A stretch of DNA of 64,000 bases from Laetmonice hystrix (taxonomy: Eukaryota). Both the position numbers and the translations under genes were made by a program. The DNA lies in NCBI GenBank assembly GCA_965235115.1, contig OZ249440.1:34846001-34910000 (forward strand), in the 5' to 3' direction. Of the stretch, positions 50,501-60,804 are shown piece by piece. A model generated the notes under the pieces. It had not been told where the DNA came from, did no database searches, and saw only the letters and a list, made by a program, of their open reading frames with translations. How positions within the stretch are numbered: the stretch's first letter is position 1; each line of letters starts with the position of its first letter.

Positions 50501-51231
50501 ACTTCGGCACCCGCATCTCAGGGCAAAGTTCCATCTTCTCAGCAGAGGCCCGGGCCCTGCTTCTTGCCCTTGAAAATATTGAAGTTTCTAGTGAAAAGGA
50601 TTTCCTTATTTTCTCGGATTCCTTATCCTGTCTGCAAGCACTTGCTAACTTGAACACAGATCACCCAGTGATCGTTCGAATCTTGTCCAAGTTGGCAATG
50701 CTTGCCAATGCAAACTTTGACATTCACTTTTGCTGGGTGCCTGGTCATGTTGGCATCCCCGGCAATGAGCAAGCAGACAGAACTGCCAAGAGAGCTCTTG
50801 AAACAGACGTCGAATTGTGTCCAATCCCAGCCTCTGACCTCAGACCTACCATCTGGGCTTATGTTAAAAACAAATGGCAGGCCGAATGGGATGAACAACC
50901 AAACAATAAGTTGTATCAGATCAGTCCCATCGTAAACCAAAGGTATCATCACGGCCTAACCCAACGGAGGCATGAAATTGTTTTTACTCGATGCAGAGTT
51001 GGTCATTCTAGATTAACTCATGTGTTTTTATTGAAGGGGGAGGCACCTCCAGAATGTCATGGCTGTCAGTGTCCTTTGACACTGAAGCATCTTTTACTCG
51101 AATGTGGTGATTTTACTCTCATCAGACAAAGGTTTTATAATGAGACAAGTCTTAAGGATCTTTTTAGCAATATCAGACCAGGAGTGATTTTAGAGTTCTT
51201 GTCAGAGGCTGGACTTCTGAATCTTTTATAG
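47548..51231 (+). CDS. LINE ORF2: AP endonuclease, reverse transcriptase, RNase H (1227 aa)
   Basis: APE: QWNCRG, LQET, LGDFNGH, SDHFP. RT: YRPIALTS, FFDLEKAYD, GVPQGSILS, FVDD. RNase H: YTDGSK, SDSLS, WVPGHVGIPGNE. Terminal C-x2-C...H-x4-C. Confidence 0.97.
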   Translation: MAGKCFLQWNCRGFRANFNELRVLAENLNPLAFSLQETFLTARDKVSFKGYQTFFGFGPDGDRAAGGTAILVRKDLIHSPVTIDTPLQAIAIRLTLHKAITICSIYIPPNSVLTQQDLDDLVGQLPSPYLLLGDFNGHNPLWGGTTTDGKGKRIEEFIDNHALCIFNDGSNTYLHPGHGTYTAIDLAIAEPDLLLDFSWRVWDDLCGSDHFPTILTYEGPNIGEKQQRWQLKKADWHSFQTLCREEFTADTINDPEAMDDFTSLLISIADRTVPKTSTIPKHVSNPWFNEDCKQAIKDRKKAERLFNRHPTAVNLTNFKIMRARARRICKERRRQSWRDYVSSLTSRTPIKKVWSMIRKLKGKGGGSGVQHLKYQDTLLTTTDEIANKLAKTFETNSSSRNCLPQFQAIRAQKEKQKLNFHSDNREEYNQLFSIEELKCSLRKSHDTAVGPDKIHYQFLKHLPDTTLLILLHIFNNIWITGNIPLSWQEAIIIPIPKPGKDHSEANNYRPIALTSCLCKTMERMINDRLVWKLEFEQLITEFQCGFRRGRSTLDHLIRLETYIRDAFINREHVVAVFFDLEKAYDTTWKYGILKDLHDMSFRGRLPLFISQFLSNRHFQVRVGTTLSDLHDQELGVPQGSILSVTLFSIKINSIVNSVKTGMPCSLFVDDFDVCCRGKNMNAIERQLQLCLNRIHTWSVENGFKFSKSKTVCMHFCKLRAFHLDPELTMDGDPIKVVKETKFLGLTFDSKLSFIPHIKSLKSRCLKALDVLKVLSGTNWGADSTVLLQLYRALIRSKLDYGSIVYGSACKSYIRLLDTVHHQGLRLSLGAFRTSPVQSLYVEAREPSLDNRRLKLALQYAVKLGTNSSNPAYNCVFHPQFHHLYERKETYIRPFGLRVKPHLEELDIDLNVLGQTHFCNIPPWDLEKPDVILQLAQLKKSETHPLTYFEHFLGVQARYPSHYAFYTDGSKDGSDVSAAAVHGKHNFGTRISGQSSIFSAEARALLLALENIEVSSEKDFLIFSDSLSCLQALANLNTDHPVIVRILSKLAMLANANFDIHFCWVPGHVGIPGNEQADRTAKRALETDVELCPIPASDLRPTIWAYVKNKWQAEWDEQPNNKLYQISPIVNQRYHHGLTQRRHEIVFTRCRVGHSRLTHVFLLKGEAPPECHGCQCPLTLKHLLLECGDFTLIRQRFYNETSLKDLFSNIRPGVILEFLSEAGLLNLL

Positions 51232-52126
51232 ATGTGTTTTGGTGGTGTTCCCGTTGGGACCCGGGATAAAATAGGTTCCTTTGGTTTTATGGTCTTATAA
51301 CTCTGTTTTCGCCGTGAATATGGCCCCAGATGCCGACACGGCGCAAAACCACCACTACTCACTCACTCACTCACTGCCCAAACATTTCGTGGAAAGTTAT
51401 CATGGGGGAAGAACCCATTGGCTTAACTACCTAGGTGAGATATTCACCTGCTGACCTGCTCGCTGAAGCGGCACCGAGGCGGCAAGGCTGACCTGCTCGC
51501 TGAAGCGGCACCGAGGCGGCAAGGTGATTGGACACCAGCAGCTAGTCTCCATTGGAAGAAGAAAGTCTCCATTTCTTACGCCCACCACTGGGCGGAATGG
51601 ACAAGGTCTCTGTTCTTGAAGGAGTGGAGACTAACGCCAGTCTCTCTTCTTGAAGAAGAGGAGACCATGCGTATCGGGTGCATAATGTCCACACATGACC
51701 TCACAACACTTACTCATCAAAGTCACAAGATCAAAAGACTCAACACGTTGTATGTATTCACTCCAATAACCTGCGTTTACTCTATCTGAGCACGGTCACG
51801 TTTTCCACTTTTCCCCCTATGGGAAGTTCCTGATACAAAAGGATCAATAGATAATACCTGACCATTAAACATATACAGCACTTGCGTTTGTCACCAGAGA
51901 TAGTGCTTGTCCTTACATAAAATCATTTCTTTAAACTCAATATCACTTGATTAGAAATGAAGAATATTGAAAATGTGGTTACATTAATAGGTCATAATCC
52001 AGGTTGCCGAGGGATGACAAGTCTTTTGTGAATTCCGAATTTTACATGTGAAGAGTCCTCACGTCTGACCGGGTAGTCTCAGTCTGTCTGTAAGAGTGTC
52101 TGCCTCCCGCTAGCAATGTCGGACCA

Positions 52127-52354
52127 GCAGTGATTTTAGAGTTTCTGTCAGAGGCTGGACTTCTGACTCTTTTATAGTTGAGGCTTGTCTGTATCCTTGT
52201 TGGGCTGAAAGGACGGAGTGTGCTTTAATGGTATTCCCGTTGGGGCCCAGGATAAAATAGGTTCCCTTCATTTTTTGGTCTTTTAACTCTGTTTTCACTG
52301 TGAAGATGGCCCCGGATGCTGACATGGGGCAAAACCACCATTACTCACTCACTC
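52127..52354 (+). mobile_element. LINE 3' end fragment (long 3' UTR variant)
   Basis: ORF2 end, 3' UTR with the extra segment after the stop codon, and an ACTC tail. Confidence 0.88.
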
Positions 52355-53174
52355 CCACTAGCAACCAGCCTTTTATTCGATCGCTCTTCCAGTAATAAAA
52401 TAATACATCTGTCTTTGATGTCTTGACTTGGGTTCGACCCAATAAACACAAGCACCGTCGCATAGTACATCAGCTCTAATGCACATCTGGTCGACAAGCT
52501 TAAACTTCACTTCACAATGTTTCTTATAGTACATAAACAGATAAATTGCATACTCAAGTAAAAACCAATATATGCTAACAATATTAATCGTGGATGGTTA
52601 AATAAGAACTCATCTTCATAGTTGAATCATAACAAATAATATTCTCCATTAATTGGTTACAAATTTAATTGATGACAACCTTGGGGGAAGATCCAACGGC
52701 AAGTCAGTTGTCTCTTCAGGCTGCCGAAGCAGGGACTGAGCTAAGACACAGCGCCAGGAACAGCATTAATAGCAACGAAACACACATAAACCAAAGGCAA
52801 TAAAGGCTACAAGAAAGCCGATGACCAGAACTGAGAGAAGGTAATGGTGGCCGTGCTGAGTAATGATATGCGATAATGCCCTGGTGCCATATAAGGGTCT
52901 ATCATGCTGCCAAAATAAAATCGTTTGCAGAACAACATGGGTTAGAGTTAATGGTTTCAGAACGTCATTATTAATGTCGGGTCTATATAACAAATGGAGA
53001 AGGTGGATTCTCACTGAGGATAAGGGCCTGTTAGAACACTAGTAATAGAACCCAACACAAGGTAGCGCCCAGCACACACTGCCGCCTGGACTCGCATTTT
53101 AAGCCTAGACTTGGCGCAAAATCAGCGATGTTAAGTTGTAGGTCCTACTTACTGAAGACGGCTGTGCGGCACGG

Positions 53175-53472
53175 ATTTTTTATTGAGGGGGGAGCCGCCT
53201 CCAGAATGTCATGGCTGTCGGTGTCCTCATCAAGGTTTTATAATGAGACGAGTCTTAGGGATCTTTTTAGCAATATCAGACCAGGAGTGATTTTAGAGTT
53301 CTTGTCAGAGGCTGGACTTCTGACTCTTTTATAGATGTGTTTTGGTGGTGTTCCCGTTGGGACCCGGGATAAAATAGGTTCCTTTGGTTTTATGGTCTTA
53401 TAACTCTGTTTTCGCCGTGAAGATGGCCCCAGATGCCGACACGGCGCAAAACCACCACTACTCACTCACTCA
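53175..53472 (+). mobile_element. LINE 3' end fragment with internal deletion
   Basis: RFYNETSLRDLFSNIRPGVILEFLSEAGLLTLL followed by the 3' UTR and tail. Confidence 0.9.
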
Positions 53473-54143
53473 TTTCCCCCCCCCCCCGCCCGTCTGCCTA
53501 GCTGGCGGACAATGCACTTTCTAATTCAAGTGTTAAAATAGAAACATACGGGGCATTAGCCTTTTATTGAAATATACCAGTAGGGTAAGCACCTTCCCGA
53601 GTAGCCACATAAGATATTTCAGGCACATCTGAAATTTCTAGAGCGTCCAATTTGGCGACCGTTGTACAGGTTATTAGGCACAGTGTGTGCAGGATGACCA
53701 CTGAGCGCCCGACCTCACTGCCAGTGTGACCAGCCCTGCACGCTGACCCGTGGCGTGGCCGCCCGCCCGCCCGCCCGCCCGCCCGACTGTCTGGTGGATA
53801 GTACACTTTGAGGCGTTTATAGTGACACGTACGGGGCACCAGAGGTTTAATGAAATATACCAGTACGACGAGGACATCTTTGAGTGTTCAATTCAAAATT
53901 TTAACGCCAATTTTAACGCCAAACTTCTAAAGCGAATAATTTAGCGATGTTTGCAAGAGTAATTGGGTACCGATTTCACCGCTCACCCGACAGCAGACGG
54001 TGTCGGGCCCTGCGCCTCAGTATAATCTTAATATAGTGATGTGGGGAAAGGCCGATATTTTTTGAATTGCTTCGTTAGGAAAATTTAAGAAGGGACGTAG
54101 AATAAAACAAGGAACAAATCAGTCGGTTCATGGTGGGTATTAA

Positions 54144-54306
54144 AGCAGCAGTCTCGTCTGTTAGACCATGCTCGCAACCACCTTAGCCTAGTGACCTATT
54201 TCACGTCCCTCCTATGCTGTAGCATAGGAACTGACATCTATAAATAGCACATCGACCGTTAGGGTGGACCCCTTATCGCACAATGCTGAAGGACGAGACC
54301 CTCGCT
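54144..54306. mobile_element. 163-bp TTAA-flanked Kolobok-type MITE
   Basis: TTAA|AGCAGCAGTCTCGTC ... GACGAGACCCTCGCT|TTAA. It is absent from the paralogous segment near 56240, and its end recurs inverted at ~26126-26180. Confidence 0.75.
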
Positions 54307-55320
54307 TTAAGTGGCTAGCTTTTATATAGCGATTATCTCTGCAAGCCATCCCGCCCCGCCTGGCACGCGCTATATGCATATAGCATATAGCACACAGGCA
54401 GGCTGGCCGGCCGTTGCAGTCTGCACTGAAAAGTGATCAATTAGTGAGCTGGTGAATATTGGTGAATATCTTCCAAATCCGTTTATTTTTCAACCAAGCT
54501 TTAGGAGATGTTACAGTCAGGGTGGGCCTGCCAGTAATATAACTTAGGGTTTCCCAATCTAGTTGGTTTAGGTGACCATATATGCCTGGTCCTAGTTTCC
54601 CAAGTTAGTTATTTTTGAGTGACCAAGTGTGCCTGGTCAGTGCATGCACTGGGGTGAGTGGTCAGGTGTGGGGGTCATTGGTCGTGCCTGAGTGACCGGC
54701 AGATCAGTGCTCTGGGCAGTTCGTGATTGTCAGAGTTTGGACACACATGGTTTTGGAGCCAGTGGTAAAATGTTTTACCACTGGGGGTTTTCCGTGGAGC
54801 AGATAGTGCACCACTCTGTGACTTTGAAATGCAAGCTAGGACAAGCTTGGATATTGTGTTGAAGTAACCGGTGGAACTTGTGTGTGGGCAGAGCGTAGAG
54901 GCACAAAACTGTAAGTTTGGGATAGCCAATTTTTCCCCTATGGATTTCACAAGGCTTTTGTCATGAATTTATTCTATGATAGATTATGTCAATTATACTT
55001 GTACCTGTGGTTTGAAGTAATGAAGGCTTTATGCTCTTCAACCTATTTTTTCACATGTCTGTACTGTCAAATTAATATGGCTAATTATGCAAGAAAATGT
55101 CACGTGTCTTCAGTACACAGGTATATTCTGTATGATACAGAATTTGCAGGGGAACGATAGTACTGTATGCAGTTCGAAGCTTGAATACTCCTAGATTGTC
55201 TTAGTATAAACTGCAGTTTCGTCATTTCATTAAATTGTAGGTTCACTAATTGTCGGTCGGACAGTGGTAGGACAAATAAAGGCCAATCAAACTACGCTTG
55301 GAGTCGCGTTTTTCCCGCCA

Positions 55321-55321
<1 letters not shown>

Positions 55322-55373
<52 letters not shown>
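55322..55373. repeat. (CA)n microsatellite
   Basis: About 26 CA units. Confidence 0.97.
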
Positions 55374-55374
<1 letters not shown>

Positions 55375-56826
55375 CAGGAGATGATTAGCCACGTCCTGCG
55401 CCAATTCCCTTCGGGACGTCTCCGGAAAATATCAGTACTTTTTGAGTTTACTAGAGTCCAATGGACGACCCGCCACCTGGCGTATTAGACGGAAACTTCC
55501 ATGGCTTTGTGTGCATGGCGCTGGGGGACTGCAGACACGGCAGAAACTTTGCCATATCTGTGGCCCGATGGTCGGTCAGTGGGACGTGACAAACAGTCCA
55601 CTTTCAAGTGTGGGGCATTAGGTGTATATTGAAATATGTATGAGGTTATACCAATAAGGACACTCGTGCCGTAGAGAAACGCCGAGATCTTCCAAAGTGC
55701 GGGGTATTCTCCCGATTCACCTGGCGGATCACGACGAAATGATGAAATGAATAAGGGGTATTTTTCCAGTAATGTTTACGTTTCTCGAGATGCCGACAGC
55801 CACCACCAGGTGGCAGCATGGGAAACTGTGGCGTCCAGTCGGGCTGCACGGGTCGTCTGTTCTGGACGTTTTCTTGTACATGTCTGTCATTTTGTGGCTC
55901 TTTTATTTTGACGTGTATATTTTTGTTTGTGCAGCACCCCCAAGCGGACTGTTTGACTGTGTTATTTTTTTGCATATAAGGCGATTAGTATTGTAAAATA
56001 AATATATTCTTTGATTACATGAAACTTCTAGAGCGCCTAATTTTTGCACGAGTAATTTGACAACGATTTTCCCGCTCACCTGCCAACAGACGGTGTCGGT
56101 CCCCGCACACCAATACATGTATAGCTTAATAGTGACGTGGGGAAAAGGCTGATATCTTCCAAATTGCTGAATATTTCATTACGAAATTTTAAGAAGAGAC
56201 GCCGAATGATAAAAGGAACAAATCAATCGGTCCATGTTAGGTCTAAATGGCTATTATTTATATGTCTTGCAATTTTATCTGCCAGCTATCCCGCCCCGCG
56301 CCTTGCCCCGGTCCGCGGGGCCCCGCGCAGAGCGCGGTGTAAATACATCAGTACATAGGCTGGTACATAGGCCGTTGCAGTCTGCAATGAAAAGGGATTA
56401 ATTATTGACCTAGGAGAAGCTAATATCTTTTATAGGCCTGGGTATTTTTCAACCCAAATTTAGGAGCAGATTTTATGTTCTCCTACATTTCCCAAATAGT
56501 TTTTCGAGTTTTGAGGCCTTGAATATGTGTTGAAATTCGTTCAAAACCACTGTTGAGCTATAGGGGGGATATTTGAAATGAGAAAATTAATTACCGCTTA
56601 ATTACTGTGCCGATTGAGCTATAGGAAAAGTATAGTGATGCTATAGGCCATTTCAATGTCCCAGTAAGGCCAAAGTTTGAAGTCAAAGTTTGAAGTCTTT
56701 TACCTGGCCACAGGCATCAGATCGAGAGTTTGAAACAGGTTATTGTTAGACCTCGGAGCCGTAAAAGTGATAGGAAAATCGTCAGAAACGAACTGCTTTG
56801 ATAGTGCGTCGTCCCACTCGGCATAT

Positions 56827-58862
56827 GGTCGATTCTCACGAACCGTTGTCAAATGGGATTTTTTCGTTCTGCTCTATATAATTTCTTAGAATAAAATAGT
56901 ACATGAGTAATTTTTACTTCATCAAATCCGGCTTGATGAGACCTTTCCAGGGAACCCTAGTTTTCCATATCTATCATGAATATTTACGAAGATAGAGGCG
57001 GAAAACCTTTAAAAAATTGCCCTTTTTACCAAAAAAATAGTCACTCATGTTTTTCCATCTACTAAAAAAATGAAAAAGAATAAAATAATTGATCTTTTCT
57101 TTTTTTCTCCATTAGAGACCTTCCTCCGTGAATGTTTCTAGCTAGTAAGATATCAAAGATACGGAAATTTTATACTCTTAATACATATTTTACCATTGCG
57201 TACTTTTTCTGTAGACGCGTCTCATTCCCAAAACATGAGTCTTTTCTATACAATAAAAACCAGTAGTGATGGAAGACAACACAATATTACTGTACTATAT
57301 TAATCTCTAATATGTTCATGAATGTATGTAAAAAAATATTAATGATTGCTTGAGAACTGTGGATAATAGAAGCAAAACACTTTTTCTAGTCTCCTCTTGT
57401 GTAGTTTTCACGTAGACGCGTTTCATTCCCTATTTTCTGATACCACGATGACACGTTTAATATTTAACCTTATATACTACATGGACAGTTTAGCTTATGG
57501 TTGCAGTTATATGCTATTAAAATAGTATACTGCTGTCAAGGCTTTACCAGGGTCTGCATAGCGTTATTCATATGAAGTAGACGCGTATCATTCCCTAGAC
57601 GCGTCTCATTCCCTGGTGTTAAACTTTGGAATGGATAAGGGATTAACCTGTAGACGCACCTCAATCCCTCATTAAATCAATGTAATATTATGTACATGGT
57701 TCATAAAGCAGATATCATGGGGTATTCTGTATATTCTTCCAGAGGGAACCAATTGTAGAGGTGTAGACGCGTCTCATTCCCCTTCTGCATATACATTTTC
57801 CTCAGTCTTCACATCAGTGTTGTTGAATTTGTTGAAAAAGGCAATTTCTAGTGTTTATGACATGTCAAGTTTCTGTTGCATGGCTATTAACCTTGTAGAG
57901 ATCGAGAAAAAAAGAGCAGGGCAAAGGCCATCATACTGAAGCTTAACTTCAACTAATACGTAGACGCGTCTCATTCCCTTCCTGTGCAGGAATATGACCT
58001 CATGGAAAGAAAAATATAGGGGAAATTATAATGTGAAATGCAGATAACATTATTCTTCATATATGACTGGGAAAACAAAGCTAAATAGTGCTTTTTCATA
58101 ATAAAAAGTAGATACATGTCGATTTCACTTCATCATTTAACCCCCAAAATATAAATTTCACTGAAAATGGTTTTAACGAAAAAGCAGATATACTTTTATA
58201 ACATCAGATGTTATAATGATGAATAAATTTCAACCCCAGGATACACAAAGAAATAAAAATATAGCATTTACGTTTACTAAAACAATTTTTGTGACAGAAG
58301 TAGACGCGTCTCATTCCCTCAGAAAGTACAATTTCAATACTATAGATACTATTAAGAGCATCACAACCCCTACCACTCAAAGGCCAGTGTATGTTATTAT
58401 AAATATATATTATTTTATGTATTCTTAGATTATCATGAAAAATTTCATGTACTTTGAAAGAAATACCTACAGAAAACAAACCACTGCCTAAAAAAAAGAC
58501 TATTTTTTATGTGCCTCCCACTAAGAAAAACATATGGAACTATTATTGAAACTTTTTTTATATTATAGTACAAGGTCTGTGTTATATTTTTAATAAAAAA
58601 AATAATCAGAATATAAAATATTTTTTATGTAAACTACATTTCATATAGCAACGTATAGGGAATGAGACGCGTCTACTCGGTTCAGCGGAACCTAACTTTG
58701 CTCAGTTGCCATGGCAACACAAAATGGATTTAAGCTACCCCATATATATGGATATATACCCCAACGCTTCACCAATATGTGCACACAAGCACGTGCCTAT
58801 ATTCCAGATTTTTATTTTAGCCCCCTGCCAGGCGAAATGACAACGGTTCGTGAGAATCGACC
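56827..58862. mobile_element. 2036-bp non-autonomous TIR element with 4-bp TSD (Sola-like)
   Basis: Perfect 25-bp TIRs GGTCGATTCTCACGAACCGTTGTCA with ATAT on both sides. About 8 internal GTAGACGCGTCTCATTCCC motifs plus one inverted copy at ~58658. Confidence 0.85.
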
Positions 58863-59710
58863 ATATTCAGAAGGTTACATTACACTGTATTTGGTATAAA
58901 GTCGTTGAGATTTCGGGTGTAGAAAGTTGTTGAGATCGTAAAGTGCTAATGGGAATGCGACGCTATACATGTTCACGCCAAAAGAGAATAGTTTGAGATA
59001 ATATAAACAGTTGAAGACGGGTAGTTAAATAGTCTGCGTCAGGTGAACAGCGGCCGGGTTACTGCCCTATGTGACGTCATAGCGAGCAGACGATGTCGGG
59101 CGGCGGGAAGCGTCCCGCCGAGCACGCTCTAAGGTAACCATAAACCATGCGTGTATTGGGCTGTCCTATTAATTAATGTATTGTTTTGCCTGAAACTTGC
59201 TCAGTAGTAAAGCATGATTATCTCGAGGGTGGTAACTTTGAAGAGGAGACTCCAGGTACTCTGAACGGGGGCGAGGTGAAGTCGGAACTAAATTACCGGC
59301 TGAGAAACCAATTGTGTCATGCATAGAAAAGGGGCCAAATACGGGTGTGCACAGTCGGTCTTATTTCCGAAATAATCCGTATTTCTCTTACTAAATTGTC
59401 GGAGGAGATGCAGGGGAATACATTAGCCAAAATTATGCAATGCATCTTTGAGAAGTCGGGTATGTAAATCGTCTGTGTGAGGGTATTTGGTGAAACAGAG
59501 GTTTCGTCATGAATTGTTAATATATAAATTCTTTGGCTCGGATGCCATCACAGGTCACTGGGGAGAGGGGGATATACTTGTACAAGGGATGCGAACGTAT
59601 ATAGGTCTGTCAAAATAAGGTCTGTCAAAATAAAGAATGTAAACGGAAACAAAATGCGTAAATACATTGGAACCAAGGGACGGGAACGTCACACATGATA
59701 TAGCGATGGA

Positions 59711-59744
59711 TCTTTTGTGATAGATTGTGGCCCTAAGAAGGGCT
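59711..59744 (-). terminator. Histone-mRNA-type 3' stem-loop plus downstream purine-rich element
   Basis: Minus strand: TAA, 37 nt C/A-rich, AGCCCT-TCTT-AGGGCC-ACAA, 8 nt, AAAAGA. This is one mismatch from GGCCCT-TYTN-AGGGCC-AC. Confidence 0.6.
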
Positions 59745-59781
59745 TTATAGTTGTGGTTGTGGAGCGGGCGGTGAGAGTCAC

Positions 59782-60361
59782 TTAGAGCGCGTCGCCAATG
59801 ACCGCCACGCGGATGCTGCGGGTCAGCCTGCGGTTGCCGGCAGCGTTTAGGTGGAGGCCGTCCCGGGCCGTGTAGCACCAGACGACCATCCGTGCGGCAA
59901 GGTCCTGGTGCACCCAGGTGTGCACGGCCGCAGAGTCGTCGGCCTCCATCTGTCTGGAGGTGCAAGTTGAACCGCTCGATCACCCTATTGCGAGGGATGA
60001 CCGAGCAGTCCCTTCCCACTGTTGGCAAGACCTCGGCGAGAACGACTTGGCAGCCAGTCTCTCTGGCCAGGACCCGGCCCCAGTCGACGAGTTCACAAGC
60101 CAGGTCCTGGCTTATGTAGTTCCTTGTAGTTGCCGTCAAGTCGTTAACGCCGAGGTCGATGTAGACCACATCGGGGCTGAGAGAGGCTACATCCCCGAGC
60201 AGACGGTCGTCAAGGGATGTGATCCGTCTCCCGCCCCGTGTGATCCATGTAATCTCCCAGGACTCCAACCCGAGGTTGGGTGGCGCCGCCCTCCGCCCGT
60301 GGCGCCGGAGCCGCGCCATAAAACTATGCCCGATGATGACTAACCGGCGTCGTTGGTCCAT
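59782..60361 (-). pseudogene. SGNH/GDSL hydrolase gene with a single frameshift near 59950
   Basis: ATG 60361: LVIIGHSF (block I), RGG (II), LGVND (III), then in the next frame RDGLHLNAAG (block V, DxxH) to TAA at 59782. GC-rich and intronless. Confidence 0.8.
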
Positions 60362-60394
60362 GATGAGTGTGTGCAGAGTTTGAAATGTCAGGCT

Positions 60395-60430
60395 CTTATA
60401 TAGGCCCTTTACCACGTGGTTAGTGCCAAT
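60395..60430 (-). promoter_or_regulatory. TATA box and inverted CCAAT box upstream of the SGNH gene
   Basis: TATATAAG at 60402-60395 starts 41 nt before the ATG. ATTGG lies at 60430-60426. Confidence 0.5.
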
Positions 60431-60804
60431 TTCGAAACTCGTCGTGCATGCCGTCAATGGCGGTGGTCAAGGACATCTTTTGTGTTGAGTGACATCGTTC
60501 ACTCAAGCCACGTCTTGACACTTGCTATTCTTACCCATGGACGTTCCCCCCACCCACCCCGACACTTGCTATTCATACCCATGGACGTTCCCCCCCCCCT
60601 CCCAGCCCAGCCGTGAATGATGAATGGCTGGTAAATGAGACATTTGAAGAAAAATACAATAGATTACAAATAAAAAAAATACATGTTCTCATTATTTCAA
60701 GATATCATTGATCATGTCTGGGTATTGCATATATTCCTGTCAAGTTCATATATAGGCCTAGTATAAAATATGAGACATTGTATTCCCTATTTATTACATG
60801 CCCC

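Larger units (their letters stand above)
45744..51373 (+). mobile_element. Full-length, apparently intact I-group (Nimb-like) non-LTR retrotransposon, 5630 bp
   Basis: TSD CTGCCCAAACA (45733-45743 and 51374-51384; the first two bases overlap the tail). ~515-bp 5' UTR, two open ORFs, 3' stem GCCGTG...CACGGC and a (CACT)n tail. Confidence 0.95.
53960..56460. repeat. Two diverged copies of an unclassified interspersed repeat (~53960-54510 and ~56050-56460)
   Basis: Shared CCGCTCACC...CAGACGGTGTCGG...TAGTGA(T/C)GTGGGGAAA...GGAACAAATCA...GGCCGTTGCAGTCTGCA. Confidence 0.7.

Noticed and set aside
52766..53014. ORF with a hydrophobic segment (env-like or membrane protein)
   Set aside because: Short, stop-interrupted and without a diagnostic motif.
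57210..58676. Short repeats separated by unique sequence, superficially CRISPR-like
   Set aside because: Spacing is highly irregular, one copy is inverted, there are no cas genes, and the array lies inside a eukaryotic TIR element.
59555..59950. C-terminal ~130 aa of the listed 300-aa ORF
   Set aside because: It is out of frame. The SGNH block V (DGLH) lies in another frame that ends at 59782.
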